From an uncultured candidate division Zixibacteria bacterium (GTDB lineage Bacteria > Zixibacteria > MSB-5A5 > UBA10806), in assembly GCA_963801605.1 (NCBI GenBank), contig CAWDFP010000007.1, positions 384,001 to 448,000 on the forward strand: a stretch of DNA of 64,000 bases. The letters are read 5' to 3'. The notes below the pieces were generated by a model, which saw only the letters and a program-made list of their open reading frames with translations, ran no database searches and had not been told where the DNA came from. Made by a program: the position numbers and the translations under genes. Below, one piece after another: positions 42,601 to 51,399 of this stretch; positions within the stretch are counted from its first letter, which is position 1; each line of letters begins with the position of its first letter.

Positions 42601-43366
42601 AGCCAATATGAAACCAGCGATCATTCCCGCCGGTGATACTGTCATGAGGCGCCGCAGTGAATGTTCCACCGTTAAGCTGGAGATATAAGCTGTCGGAAAC
42701 GACAGTGCCGTCAATATCCTGAATAGTAGACTTGACGTTGACAAAAGTGTCGGGGTAAACGTTTCCGGCAGGTATTCTTACGGTCGGGCCAACAACGGGA
42801 GGCGTATTGCCCTGGGGAACCTGACCCCAAAGAACAACATCGTCAACCCAGATACTGTCTCTACGGCCGTAGACGCCGCCGTAGAATCTCAATTGAACAG
42901 TCAAACTTGTAGAATTGTATCTGGCGGTATCTGACCAGGTATAGAGCGTCCAATTATCAATATCAGTTGAATAAGTGGAGGGGCCGCTGCTTCCTGACGG
43001 TGAGAAGAAGAACCAAACGCGAACGCGCGGATTATTTATATCGGGAGTGTAATCGTAAACCCATAAGCTGCAGGAATAAGTGGTTCCGGGAACAACTGGT
43101 ATGGGCGCGTGATCTAATCTGAGTGTGCCTGAAGAATCATAAACAACTTTAACGCTGTAAGTTCCGGAATGAACTCGTCCGGTTTCCTGCAAAGCGCTGA
43201 TACGCGGAGTGGCAAGTGTCCAATTATCGGGCGGACCGCCTGGACCGTTGTTATTCCATAATTCCATACCCCCATTGGCCATTACCTGCTGGTCTTGGGC
43301 AAGCGCCGGTACCCAGGCAGATATAAGAACAATCGGGATAAGTAGCCACAGTAGATTTTTTTTCAT
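39668..43366 (-). CDS. Large surface protein: CBM4/9-like N-terminus, three OB-fold-like modules, carboxypeptidase-regulatory-like domain, dockerin
   Basis: NGGMELW...VHSGTYSVK; three units I..VQ...G+V..FFLQD..WSGLYVY..VGD.V.V.G...EYY..TEL...E.YE; GDANNSHVFNGLDV / GDVNASCSFNGLDV. Confidence 0.85.
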   Translation of the reverse strand: MKKNLLWLLIPIVLISAWVPALAQDQQVMANGGMELWNNNGPGGPPDNWTLATPRISALQETGRVHSGTYSVKVVYDSSGTLRLDHAPIPVVPGTTYSCSLWVYDYTPDINNPRVRVWFFFSPSGSSGPSTYSTDIDNWTLYTWSDTARYNSTSLTVQLRFYGGVYGRRDSIWVDDVVLWGQVPQGNTPPVVGPTVRIPAGNVYPDTFVNVKSTIQDIDGTVVSDSLYLQLNGGTFTAAPHDSITGGNDRWFHIGFQPAGTIVNYYVVATDDDGGRSQSQTFTYTVFGYATPYVPIYSVQHTTVQGTLPNCFPTDSLGMGETVTGIVVGRYERSTAGYHMRFFLQDATTPWSGLYVYQSIDTVQVGDSVTVTGIMGEYYAETELSPVSVLTKHSPGHTLPAPNVITCATLGLDSCSATAEPYEGMIIQINNITLIDTLPRPDNGEFLGIDGSGDTCIVSNDLSLGGVDSCVFQMNHQYTYIRGIGRYTYGRYRIMPRTSADLFTAPTVCTGMNIFTLENSLDPGTGDNCWPSPYAGTYQSVCGIVTAVRQATYGTFYLQDQGNTAWGGLYSYDYTLPNGDPVNAHVGDYVQVNGFINEYYGWTELDTIQSFTVLGPSQPLPDTSIVTVATLALKCDYSTEPLESELIRINNVTVLSAGSQLDGKYWIRDNTSTDSIRIDDDMWVGGTNIPSPLPSTGGVYDYIIGVLRWEGRTTSPNVQGWILMPRSGSDYQIGIIPEPNIVAVWPIDNTQLAVTFDRAMNTTSISNPSFYSTVHGLSILGAAASGNRKAILTTAAQPNNSIDSLIVNGVCDSVNVCMVTPHYKLYHSGITSISVVQTPSAGGDSTIYIGDIFTSKVVVTSDSTTSQPSNIFGYDQSGPPYRGIHMYVGGVTPRPVVGDTIIATGKAIEYFQETELSDVSVYGNMQIVGTGPAPIPYQIATSDLMAHGEYYESDLVTDCDSFVVTNTAFDAYGWIIHSLTNPSESLMVVKNGLWTRYTYVPVLGDRIRGITGVYRFEHSFFRISPRTNADFNSSSVWCAGPEGTIAGIVYDHDGTTPLEGVTIITHNAAEVEVGNNLSGVGGTWSLLLPPATYHEHLSKAGYVNNIINNIVVTADQTTNVNATMLESPTGCDYAVGDANNSHVFNGLDVTYSVGYFKGGPPPPYSCECTPGHTWFVAGDVNASCSFNGLDVTYMVSYFKGGPMVHGCPDCLPIVDLAPLVAPQPKVDTQNAQ

Positions 43367-43882
43367 ACTGTCTCCTTCGTCGTGTGACGTTGAAAATTGT
43401 TTTGAAGCTTTCCTGATTCCTGATTCCCTAAAATTTTGTTTGGTTAAAAAGTTTAATTTTAAAAGTTAACTGAAAATTAATCGCTATTTGTTAACGAGTT
43501 ATTAGCAAATGATTTTATTGCTGTGAGAATCTGCATTTTCCCAACCGAAACCGAGATTGATTTAAACCGAACATGCGCAAAAACCTTCAACCATCGCATA
43601 TAGAATGCTGATTGACAGGTTGGCGCTAAAACCCCGCATCAAAGCGTTTTGAATCGGACGATTTCAAGAAGATGTCTGTCTTAAGTTTACCTCTACCCTA
43701 CCGTTGCAGAAAAGGATCAGTTCGAAGACTAAATAAAACGCTATACGCAAATAATTAACATATAATAGCCTATTCTGTCAATCACAAATAGCATAATTTA
43801 AAAATATTTTTTTAACCTGATTTACTTAAATAATCGCGATTGGGAAATAATATTTAGTAAAATGGAAAGGAGAATCGCAAAA

Positions 43883-44431
43883 TTATGCATATTTATCGCC
43901 GAATATGGCGGAAATTATCATGTGTGCCGATTTTTCGATGCTAAGTCTTTCGGAATCAATAGCTAAAAAGGGAAGTTCCTCTTTAGCGTAAGGATTACCA
44001 TATCCGGCAATTTTCAATTCGCCTTGAATGGCTCGTTCATATAGCTTTTCGATTTTGGCGCGGTCGGTTCGGACTCGTTCTCTTTCGATACAGAGCTCCA
44101 ATGGGCAGTGCACATAGATGACGCCGAAATTAGGAATCATTTCGCGGCAGAGAGCGCGACCGGTCCCCTCTCCGTCGACAGAATCAATGATGACATTGAC
44201 TCCATGCCGGTTGAGAATATAGGCGATATAAACCGAACTGCGGTAAACATACTCCCGTTCTTCTTTGGTGAAGACCGGATTGGGAGTAATGATTTGACGA
44301 ATTTCGTCAAGGCGAAGGTATTCAACCTTCGTTTGGCGCTGATTAAGAAGCTCAAGCAATGCTTTGGCGATCGTTGTTTTTCCGGAACCGGACAGGCCAG
44401 TTATCCAGATCGTCCAGGGGGAATTAAGCAT
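43883..44431 (-). CDS. Adenylyl-sulfate kinase (CysC)-family protein
   Basis: IWITGLSGSGKTTIA, IYVHCPLELCIER; divergent LRLDEIR in place of LDGDNVR. Confidence 0.7.
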   Translation of the reverse strand: MLNSPWTIWITGLSGSGKTTIAKALLELLNQRQTKVEYLRLDEIRQIITPNPVFTKEEREYVYRSSVYIAYILNRHGVNVIIDSVDGEGTGRALCREMIPNFGVIYVHCPLELCIERERVRTDRAKIEKLYERAIQGELKIAGYGNPYAKEELPFLAIDSERLSIEKSAHMIISAIFGDKYA

Positions 44432-44583
44432 GAACGCATTGTAAGGGTAATACGGAATGGTGTCAACAAAATTTGAAAAAATTATTTATACCTGGAAAAT
44501 AATAAAAAATAAACGATATCGCCGGTTATGCACTGAGCATACGAACAATACATTGAGATGTAAAATTGCCCGAAATGCCCGAA

Positions 44584-45357
44584 CTACGATTTTTTTATCA
44601 TCCAGAGCTTTTGGCAGATTTCCTCAAGATGAGCGCCGAGAATGTCAGGCTTGTCGGTTATTTCGGGTTCATTTTCGAAAACGGCGTAAGGTATTTTCAG
44701 GCCTTTGACGATAAGGAACCGAGGATCTTTCGATGAGAACTTATTCCAATCGGATTCCTTATACAGCATTTCAAGCTTTTTATCCTCGAGAGCATGTTCG
44801 AGAATGCTATCCGGCTTGTTGGGGTTGAATCGTCGGCGATTCTTGCGAAGGGATTCCTCGAAAGAAACATTGATATAAATCGAGACGGCCTTTTTGAGAA
44901 TTTCATCGGAGAGGAAATCGAAAGCGCGAGCAAAACCGCCATGCTCGGCGCCCCGGGAAAATTCGATAATAACGGTTTTATTTTCATGCAGCTTATTATC
45001 GTCACGAAGCTTTTTCAGATATTGATCATTGAGCTTTTCAATCAGAAAATTCCAAAACCAATCCTCTTTAAAAGTAAAGCCCTGATAACGCTGGCCCTGA
45101 AATTCATAGGTGGTATCGGTAAAATAACGGGGCTGGCCGAGTTTTTCGAAGATGTTATCATCCTGGAAGCGTTCCCAGAGAATGGGAAAATCATCGATCT
45201 CCTCAAATTCCCCAATGTGGAAGCGGCGCAGGCGTTCGGCTACCGGAATGTGCTTAAGATAATCGATAATCTCGGACTTGCCGGCGGCTGGTCGGCCATT
45301 AAGAATAATGATATCGAAATTATTTTGGCTCATATTTGATCCCTTTCTATGTTGCAA
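44584..45357 (-). CDS. P-loop NTPase/kinase-fold hypothetical protein
   Basis: IIILNGRPAAGKSEI, IIEFSRG, YINVSFEESLRKNRRR; likely start MSQNN at 45333. Confidence 0.7.
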   Translation of the reverse strand: MQHRKGSNMSQNNFDIIILNGRPAAGKSEIIDYLKHIPVAERLRRFHIGEFEEIDDFPILWERFQDDNIFEKLGQPRYFTDTTYEFQGQRYQGFTFKEDWFWNFLIEKLNDQYLKKLRDDNKLHENKTVIIEFSRGAEHGGFARAFDFLSDEILKKAVSIYINVSFEESLRKNRRRFNPNKPDSILEHALEDKKLEMLYKESDWNKFSSKDPRFLIVKGLKIPYAVFENEPEITDKPDILGAHLEEICQKLWMIKKS

Positions 45358-45500
45358 ATAAACGACTTACGAGCGTGCCGTCAAGTTATTATTATTATCG
45401 GTAAGGAGGCAGGATTAATTAGAGGGGGTGTCGCGTCATTTTGTGGTCAAGACAAGGCTCTACAAGTATGCTAATAAATCTTGGTCTCGTTAATATATAA

Positions 45501-45526
45501 TAGCGACACGGCATGCCGTGTCTCTA
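45501..45526. repeat. REP-like palindrome (GTAG-type)
   Basis: tag-c-GACACGGCATGCCGTGTC-t-cta with a perfect 18-bp palindromic core. Confidence 0.55.
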
Positions 45527-45539
45527 AAGGAAAATTCAT

Positions 45540-45570
45540 AAAAAAACCGGGGTCCGCAGGGGACCCCGGC
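45540..45570 (-). terminator. Intrinsic terminator of the ino1 operon
   Basis: A run, ccggggtcc...ggaccccgg. Confidence 0.8.
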
Positions 45571-45592
45571 TACAGAATGCAATGAAATTTAC

Positions 45593-46792
45593 TTACTTTA
45601 CGGTCTTCTTCCCTTTTGGCAGGGTGATACGCGATTTGCCGTCAGGAGATGGTTCGGGCGCCTTAGCCAGAATGCGTTTACCAGGCTTTTGACCATTGCC
45701 GCTGACCTCTACAGACTTACCGCCGTAGGCAGCAATAAACTCCTCGGTCTTGTTCAGAGCTTCGACATCAGTGTATTGCTGGGGAGGAGATTTCATAAAG
45801 TATGAGGCCGGGCCGAACAGGCTGCCGGAGATTTTATTATCGAGAGCCAGTTTCACACAACGGACAGCGTCAATAACGACACCGGCGGAATTGGGAGAAT
45901 CCCAGACCTCAAGTTTAAGTTCGAGATTCAAGGGAACATCGCCAAAGGTTCTGCCTTCGAGACGTATATAGGCCCATTTGCGGTCGGCGAGCCAGGCCAC
46001 GTAATCGGACGGACCGATGTGAACGTTATTAGCGCCGATATCGTAATCGAGCTGGCTGGTGACGGCGTTAGTTTTGGAAATCTTTTTGGACTCCAATCGG
46101 GAACGCTCCAGCATATTATAGAAATCGGTATTGCCGCCAACGTTGAGCTGGCTGGTGCGTTCGAGACGCACGCCTCGCTCGCGGAACAGGCGGGTCAGGA
46201 TACGATGCAGAATAGTGGCGCCAACCTGCGATTTGATATCATCGCCGATCATCGGGAGGCCGCGTTTGATGAAACGTTCCTGCCAGTATTTTTCACGAGC
46301 GATGAAAACCGGGATACAGTTAACGAAACCGCATCCGGCTTCGAGAATCTGTTCGACATACCACTTGGTGGCTTCCTCGGAGCCAACGGGCAGATAGTTG
46401 ACGACGAGATCGGTACCGGTGTCTTTGAGAATTTTAACGATATCAGCGGTTGGTCCGGGGGCTTTCTCGATGATCTGAGAGAGATAGTAGCCCAGGCCAT
46501 CATGAGTCATGCCGCGGACAACTTTAACGCCAAGTTTCGAAACTTTAGCGAATTCGAATGTATTGTTGGGCTTGGCATAAATCGCCTCGCTGAGGTCTTT
46601 GCCAACTTTATTTTTATCAATATCGATAGCGGCCGAAAATTCGATATCGGAGATATGATAACCGCCCAGGTTGACATGCATCAAACCGGGTACGAACTCT
46701 TTCTCCTTGGCATTTTTGTAGTACTGAACTCCCTGGACAAACGAAGAGGCGCAATTGCCAACTCCAATTATCCCAACTCTGACTTTCCCCAT
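45593..46792 (-). CDS. ino1: myo-Inositol-1-phosphate synthase
   Basis: [60 protein letters not shown]. Confidence 0.95.
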   Translation of the reverse strand: MGKVRVGIIGVGNCASSFVQGVQYYKNAKEKEFVPGLMHVNLGGYHISDIEFSAAIDIDKNKVGKDLSEAIYAKPNNTFEFAKVSKLGVKVVRGMTHDGLGYYLSQIIEKAPGPTADIVKILKDTGTDLVVNYLPVGSEEATKWYVEQILEAGCGFVNCIPVFIAREKYWQERFIKRGLPMIGDDIKSQVGATILHRILTRLFRERGVRLERTSQLNVGGNTDFYNMLERSRLESKKISKTNAVTSQLDYDIGANNVHIGPSDYVAWLADRKWAYIRLEGRTFGDVPLNLELKLEVWDSPNSAGVVIDAVRCVKLALDNKISGSLFGPASYFMKSPPQQYTDVEALNKTEEFIAAYGGKSVEVSGNGQKPGKRILAKAPEPSPDGKSRITLPKGKKTVK

Positions 46793-46805
46793 AACATTCC
46801 TCTTT

Positions 46806-47429
46806 TTATTGTGAAGTTAACTTTTTCCTTACGTGAACAACTCTTTGAAGCACGGTGATATTGGCCAATATGGCGATCAGCACCAGGGCAATTTTCATAG
46901 TGATGAATTGAATTCCCAGGGCGTGATCGATGGGGCCACCCAGAATGGCGGCCGTCGCCAAGAATGTAATCCTTTCCGGTCGTTGCATCAATCCGATTTT
47001 GCATTCGATGCCAAGCCCCTCGGCCCGCGCCCGAGCGTAGGATGTAAGCAATGATCCGGCAATAGCCAGAATGATAAGCATGCTGGTCAGCACGGAATTA
47101 AAAAACGCCGCCAGCCCCATAAACGTTACCAATTCCGAATAGCGATCGATAGTGGAATCGAAAATGGCGCCGAAGGCGGTGCTCCGTTTGGTATTGCGCG
47201 CCAGCCGTCCATCGAGAACATCGCAAGCACCCGAGAGAATCAACGCGATGCCGCCAGACACAAAATAACCTTTCCAAAAGAACAGCCCCGAAAGAACAGA
47301 AAAGAGAAAGCCGGCGACGGTTACAACATTGGGATGAACTCTCATGGATTCCAATAGTTTGCCTATGGGATCAACAAGGGCATAGAAACCTGTGGTAAAA
47401 TGTTTGCTTAAAATTCTCACGTTGTCCAT
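46806..47429 (-). CDS. CDP-alcohol phosphatidyltransferase, probable phosphatidylinositol phosphate synthase
   Basis: [15 protein letters not shown]...[31 protein letters not shown]; directly upstream of ino1. Confidence 0.9.
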   Translation of the reverse strand: MDNVRILSKHFTTGFYALVDPIGKLLESMRVHPNVVTVAGFLFSVLSGLFFWKGYFVSGGIALILSGACDVLDGRLARNTKRSTAFGAIFDSTIDRYSELVTFMGLAAFFNSVLTSMLIILAIAGSLLTSYARARAEGLGIECKIGLMQRPERITFLATAAILGGPIDHALGIQFITMKIALVLIAILANITVLQRVVHVRKKLTSQ

Positions 47430-47499
47430 TCCGGATAAACGAAAATATCAAACCAGGCAGCGAAGTCAAGGTAAATCGCCGGCCCGATTAGATTTCGTC

Positions 47500-48420
47500 T
47501 CAGACCTCGATCTCAACCGCCTCACTGGGCTTAAGATCCGAGGCCTCGTTATCTTTTTCTCTGGCCCTAAGGAAACTATTCTGCCACCGAGATGTCAATA
47601 CAATTGATACAGCCCCAATAATCAAGCCGACGACAACATCGGAAATATAATGATATCTGCCATACATGGTACTGATACAGAGCATCACAAAACAAAATAT
47701 CAAAGGCCAGGCGGCTCGCCGATATTCTTTAACCAGAAACCAGGTAAAGACCAGGCCTACGGCGCAGTGAGATGACGGCATGGCGGCGCCATGCAGGCCT
47801 CCGCTGGAAACAATCCTATGAGCCAGCGGCGTGAAAAAAGGACCGACAAGAGGCAGGTAATAAATATCCTCGAGATAAAAACGCGGGCCATAAACGGGAA
47901 ACAAAATAAATATTATATAACATATATAGAAAGTTACGCAGACACCCAGGGCCGCTCTTTCAGTTGAATTATCACGGCGCCTCAATACCAGAAAGATAAG
48001 CGCCATGAATGGAAGCAGATAATAATACATATAAAAGAAGCTCATTACCTCGTTGAGCCAGATCGTCATATATGGCTGCATGGCAAATGAAGTATCAAAA
48101 CCGAGGAAATGAGTCTCAAGAGAGTTGATGAAACCATCGAATGTGCCGCGATGGAAAAGATGAATCTGTCTGGCTAAAGCTTCGTAAAGCAGCGGCATGA
48201 ATAAAAGCGGATAGAACAGTCTGAGGGATTTTGTAATTCCGTATTTTCGAAAAAGCGCAAATACCAATACAATGCCGCAGGCCGAAAGATAAAACGTAAA
48301 TAGAAAAAACCAGCCAGGCTGATTAGACATGAAGATTAAAACCAATAATGCCTCGAACAGGCAATAAATCAGAGTGGCGATATCGATCGGACGAAATCCG
48401 GGAGCGCCGTTATCAGTCAT
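47500..48420 (-). CDS. PAP2/Aur1-like membrane phosphotransferase or phosphatase
   Basis: FPVYGPR, AAMPSSHCA, GRYHYISDVVVG; multiple TM helices. Confidence 0.8.
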   Translation of the reverse strand: MTDNGAPGFRPIDIATLIYCLFEALLVLIFMSNQPGWFFLFTFYLSACGIVLVFALFRKYGITKSLRLFYPLLFMPLLYEALARQIHLFHRGTFDGFINSLETHFLGFDTSFAMQPYMTIWLNEVMSFFYMYYYLLPFMALIFLVLRRRDNSTERAALGVCVTFYICYIIFILFPVYGPRFYLEDIYYLPLVGPFFTPLAHRIVSSGGLHGAAMPSSHCAVGLVFTWFLVKEYRRAAWPLIFCFVMLCISTMYGRYHYISDVVVGLIIGAVSIVLTSRWQNSFLRAREKDNEASDLKPSEAVEIEV

Positions 48421-49120
48421 TTCCGGTACCGGGGGCAATGATTACAATCTCCCCTTTTATGGTTCTATTTTCAAGCAAGGCGATAATTTCCGAAATCTTT
48501 CCGCGCATTTTTTCTTCGAATTTCTTAGTTAGTTCCCGTCCAACAAATATTTCCCGATCCCCAAAAGCCTCGAGCATGACGGGCAAGCTTTTTAATATAC
48601 GAAATTGGGTTTCAAAAAATATCATCGTTCGCGGTTCAACCGCAAGTTCATCCAATCGTCGCTTGAGCTTGCCCGATGATTTTGGCAGGTAACCCTCGAA
48701 ACAGAATCTATCCGTAGGGAAACCGGAGGCAACCAGAGCCGCCAGGATCGATGACGGGCCGGGAATGGGGATGATTTCAATGCCCTCGGAAACGGCTAAA
48801 TTAACCAGCCGATAACCGGGATCGGAAACAAGCGGCGTACCGGCATCGCTGATCAGGGCGACTGATTTGCCGTCCTTAAGAAGAGCAACGAGATCGGGCG
48901 CTTTCTGACGTTCGTTGTGTTCATGATAGCTCGTCTGGGGCGTGGGAATATTGAAATGCTTAAGCAGAATACCGCTGTTGCGAGTATCCTCGGAGGCAAT
49001 GAGAGCCACACTTTTAAGCGTTTCTATAGCCCTGATAGAAATATCGCCGAGATTCCCGATGGGCGTAGATACTATATAGAGCGTCCCGGGCGTGAACTGT
49101 GTTGAGGTCATTTGCCCCAA
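48413..49120 (-). CDS. rsmI: 16S rRNA C1402 2'-O-methyltransferase
   Basis: LYIVSTPIGNLGDIS.RA, EDTR, SDAGTPLVSDPG, RELTKKFEE, KGEIV. Confidence 0.95.
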   Translation of the reverse strand: MGQMTSTQFTPGTLYIVSTPIGNLGDISIRAIETLKSVALIASEDTRNSGILLKHFNIPTPQTSYHEHNERQKAPDLVALLKDGKSVALISDAGTPLVSDPGYRLVNLAVSEGIEIIPIPGPSSILAALVASGFPTDRFCFEGYLPKSSGKLKRRLDELAVEPRTMIFFETQFRILKSLPVMLEAFGDREIFVGRELTKKFEEKMRGKISEIIALLENRTIKGEIVIIAPGTGND

Positions 49121-49938
49121 TCCCGGGGATAACGAAAATCGATCCCCACGGTACGATTGGATAGCTTGGCTATTATGGGAGTGGAACGTTTAAATTGGTT
49201 TACGACTATCATTTTAATTACCCGGTCAATAAGCTCCCGGCTGTAACCGGCTTTTTCACATTGGGCCGACGAATATCTTTCATCAACGAGCAGATAGAGC
49301 AAACCATCAACATCGTTGTATGTAAATCCATAATCAGCCTCATCGGTCTGGCCGGCAAAAAGATCGGCTGACGGCGGCTTGGCGATTATCTTCTCCGGTA
49401 TGCCGAGATGCCGGGCCAAAATACGAACCTGAGTTTTGTAGAGATCTCCAATAGGGTTGATGGCGCAAGCGAGATCACCAAAGATGGTGCCATAGCCAAG
49501 GAGGATTTCGGTTTTGTTCGACGTGCCTATTACAAGAGCTTTTTCTCTGGCGGAGAGATCGTAGAGGATACTCATTCGCTCACGAGCCATTTTATTTCCG
49601 CGACGAACACGGTCAGCGTCAGGAAATCTCCCGAAATAGGAATCGATCTGGGCGGTGATATCAACCTCATATTTTTTAATACCGAGTTTATCGGCCAATT
49701 CATTGGCATCAGCGCTGCTATCCGGGTTGGAAGATTTATAGGGCATGATGGCCGCTATCACATTTTCTTGGCCGATAGCCCTGACAGAAAGATCGGCTAC
49801 CACGGCGGAATCCAATCCGCCGGACAGTCCCACAATCAGGCGGCTGAAGCCGGGCTTGGAAAGTTCATCTTTAATAAAGGATGTTAATAGCCCCAGAGTG
49901 ATGTTAAAATCCAAACCCAGGTTATCCGATTTAGTCAT
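49108..49938 (-). CDS. nadE: NAD+ synthetase, synthetase subunit
   Basis: GLSGGLDSAV, GNKMARERM, GTSNKTE, PIGDLYKTQV, PPSADL..GQTDE. Confidence 0.95.
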   Translation of the reverse strand: MTKSDNLGLDFNITLGLLTSFIKDELSKPGFSRLIVGLSGGLDSAVVADLSVRAIGQENVIAAIMPYKSSNPDSSADANELADKLGIKKYEVDITAQIDSYFGRFPDADRVRRGNKMARERMSILYDLSAREKALVIGTSNKTEILLGYGTIFGDLACAINPIGDLYKTQVRILARHLGIPEKIIAKPPSADLFAGQTDEADYGFTYNDVDGLLYLLVDERYSSAQCEKAGYSRELIDRVIKMIVVNQFKRSTPIIAKLSNRTVGIDFRYPRDWGK

Positions 49939-50795
49939 ACCTTATCATCCTCCGGCCGATTCATCGACCAGATTTGCTGCAGTTCCCGAAGGCAGAAATC
50001 GATTCGTTCGTCGCGCAACAACGGAGATTTTACACGTGAGCGCCTAATGACATCGAGATCAATCTCCGCGAATATTATCTCCTCATTATTATATGATCCT
50101 TTCACCAATCGTTCGCCAAAAGGATCGACAATTTCGGAACCGCCCCAGAATACTACGCCATCCTCAACGCCCACTCTATTAACAAAAACGAGATAGACTG
50201 AATGATTCATTGCGTAGAAAGTGTTCATCCGCTCCCAGGTGCCGGCCGAACCGATGCCATCAGGACTCTGGATGCCACGGGCAGTCCCATTAGCGATACT
50301 GATGACAAGCAAGGCTCCTTTTAAGGTCAGGATCAGCGGGCAGATCGAATGCCAGATATCCTCGCAGATGAGCAGACCGGACCGTCCGAATTTGGTATCG
50401 AAAGTGCCGAGGGATGTGCCCATCGCAAAATGCCGTCCCTCCTCAAACATGCCATAAGTGGGCAGATAAACTTTGCGGTGAGCATGCACGATTTTACCGC
50501 CTGAGAGATAAAGCGCGCTATTAAAATAAAGAAATTCTTTCGATTCTTCAACCAAACCAACAACTATATCGATCTCGCGGGAGCGAGCGATAAGCGGTTC
50601 AAGCCGGGGATCATCAAGTCGAATTGCCACTTCATTGGTTAAATCGCGAAGAGTATATCCTGTCAGAGATAATTCCGGAAAAATGACTAGATCGGCTTTA
50701 GCGGCAAGGGCCCGACCGATAAAATCCTGATGTTTGACGAGGTTTTGGTCGAATCCGGCCAAAACAGATTTGATCTGGGCAAGCGCTATTCTCAT
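49935..50795 (-). CDS. Carbon-nitrogen hydrolase, probable glutaminase subunit for NadE
   Basis: MRIALAQ, FPELSLTGY, HRKVYLPTYGMFEE, LICEDIW (E-K-C triad); ATGA overlap with nadE. Confidence 0.85.
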   Translation of the reverse strand: MRIALAQIKSVLAGFDQNLVKHQDFIGRALAAKADLVIFPELSLTGYTLRDLTNEVAIRLDDPRLEPLIARSREIDIVVGLVEESKEFLYFNSALYLSGGKIVHAHRKVYLPTYGMFEEGRHFAMGTSLGTFDTKFGRSGLLICEDIWHSICPLILTLKGALLVISIANGTARGIQSPDGIGSAGTWERMNTFYAMNHSVYLVFVNRVGVEDGVVFWGGSEIVDPFGERLVKGSYNNEEIIFAEIDLDVIRRSRVKSPLLRDERIDFCLRELQQIWSMNRPEDDKV

Positions 50796-50904
50796 AATAG
50801 GCAGATAAATATCAAATAGTTGGCCTGTCGGCAAGCGAAATCTGGGGATTGACAGGGCGTGTAATCATGGTTATAATATGGAGAATCTATTTTAAGGAGG
50901 ACAG

Positions 50905-51322
50905 ATGGCATCTGTGAATAAAGCGATCCTGATCGGCAATCTTGGGAAAGACCCGGATAACCGCTATACACCGAACGGTCAGGCGGTAACCAGTTTCAGT
51001 TTGGCCACCACCGAAAAGTACAAAGATAAAAGCGGCGTTCAGCAAGCGCGCACCGAATGGCATAATGTGGTTTGCTGGGGCAGGCTGGCCGAGATCGCGC
51101 GTGACTATCTCAAAAAAGGAAATCCCGTTTATATCGAAGGGCGCATTCAATATCGCTCTTATGACGATAAAGAGGGAATCAAAAGATATCGGACTGAGAT
51201 AGTTGCGGAAAAGCTGCAGCTTTTGGGCGGCAGGCCATCATCCGGAGAGGCAGCGCGCACCTGAATCGCCTGAGCTTCCGGAACCGCAAATGTCCGCTGA
51301 CGACGATGATCTTCCATTCTAA
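50905..51322 (+). CDS. ssb: Single-stranded DNA-binding protein (one frameshift near 51255)
   Basis: MASVNKAILIGNLGKDP...TEWHNVV; acidic tail PESPELPEPQMSADDDDLPF* lies in another frame. Confidence 0.95.
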
Positions 51323-51399
51323 GATTTAGCGTCTATTGACGGCCGTTGGGCGGCCGTCTCACGGCTAAGCTTCTGCCTTAGTATCGGGCGGGCGCATGA

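Noticed and set aside
46019..46858. 279-aa plus-strand ORF and other long antisense ORFs (12339..12974, 59483..60163, 44794..45339)
   Set aside because: Shadow frames opposite well-conserved genes, with no recognisable motifs
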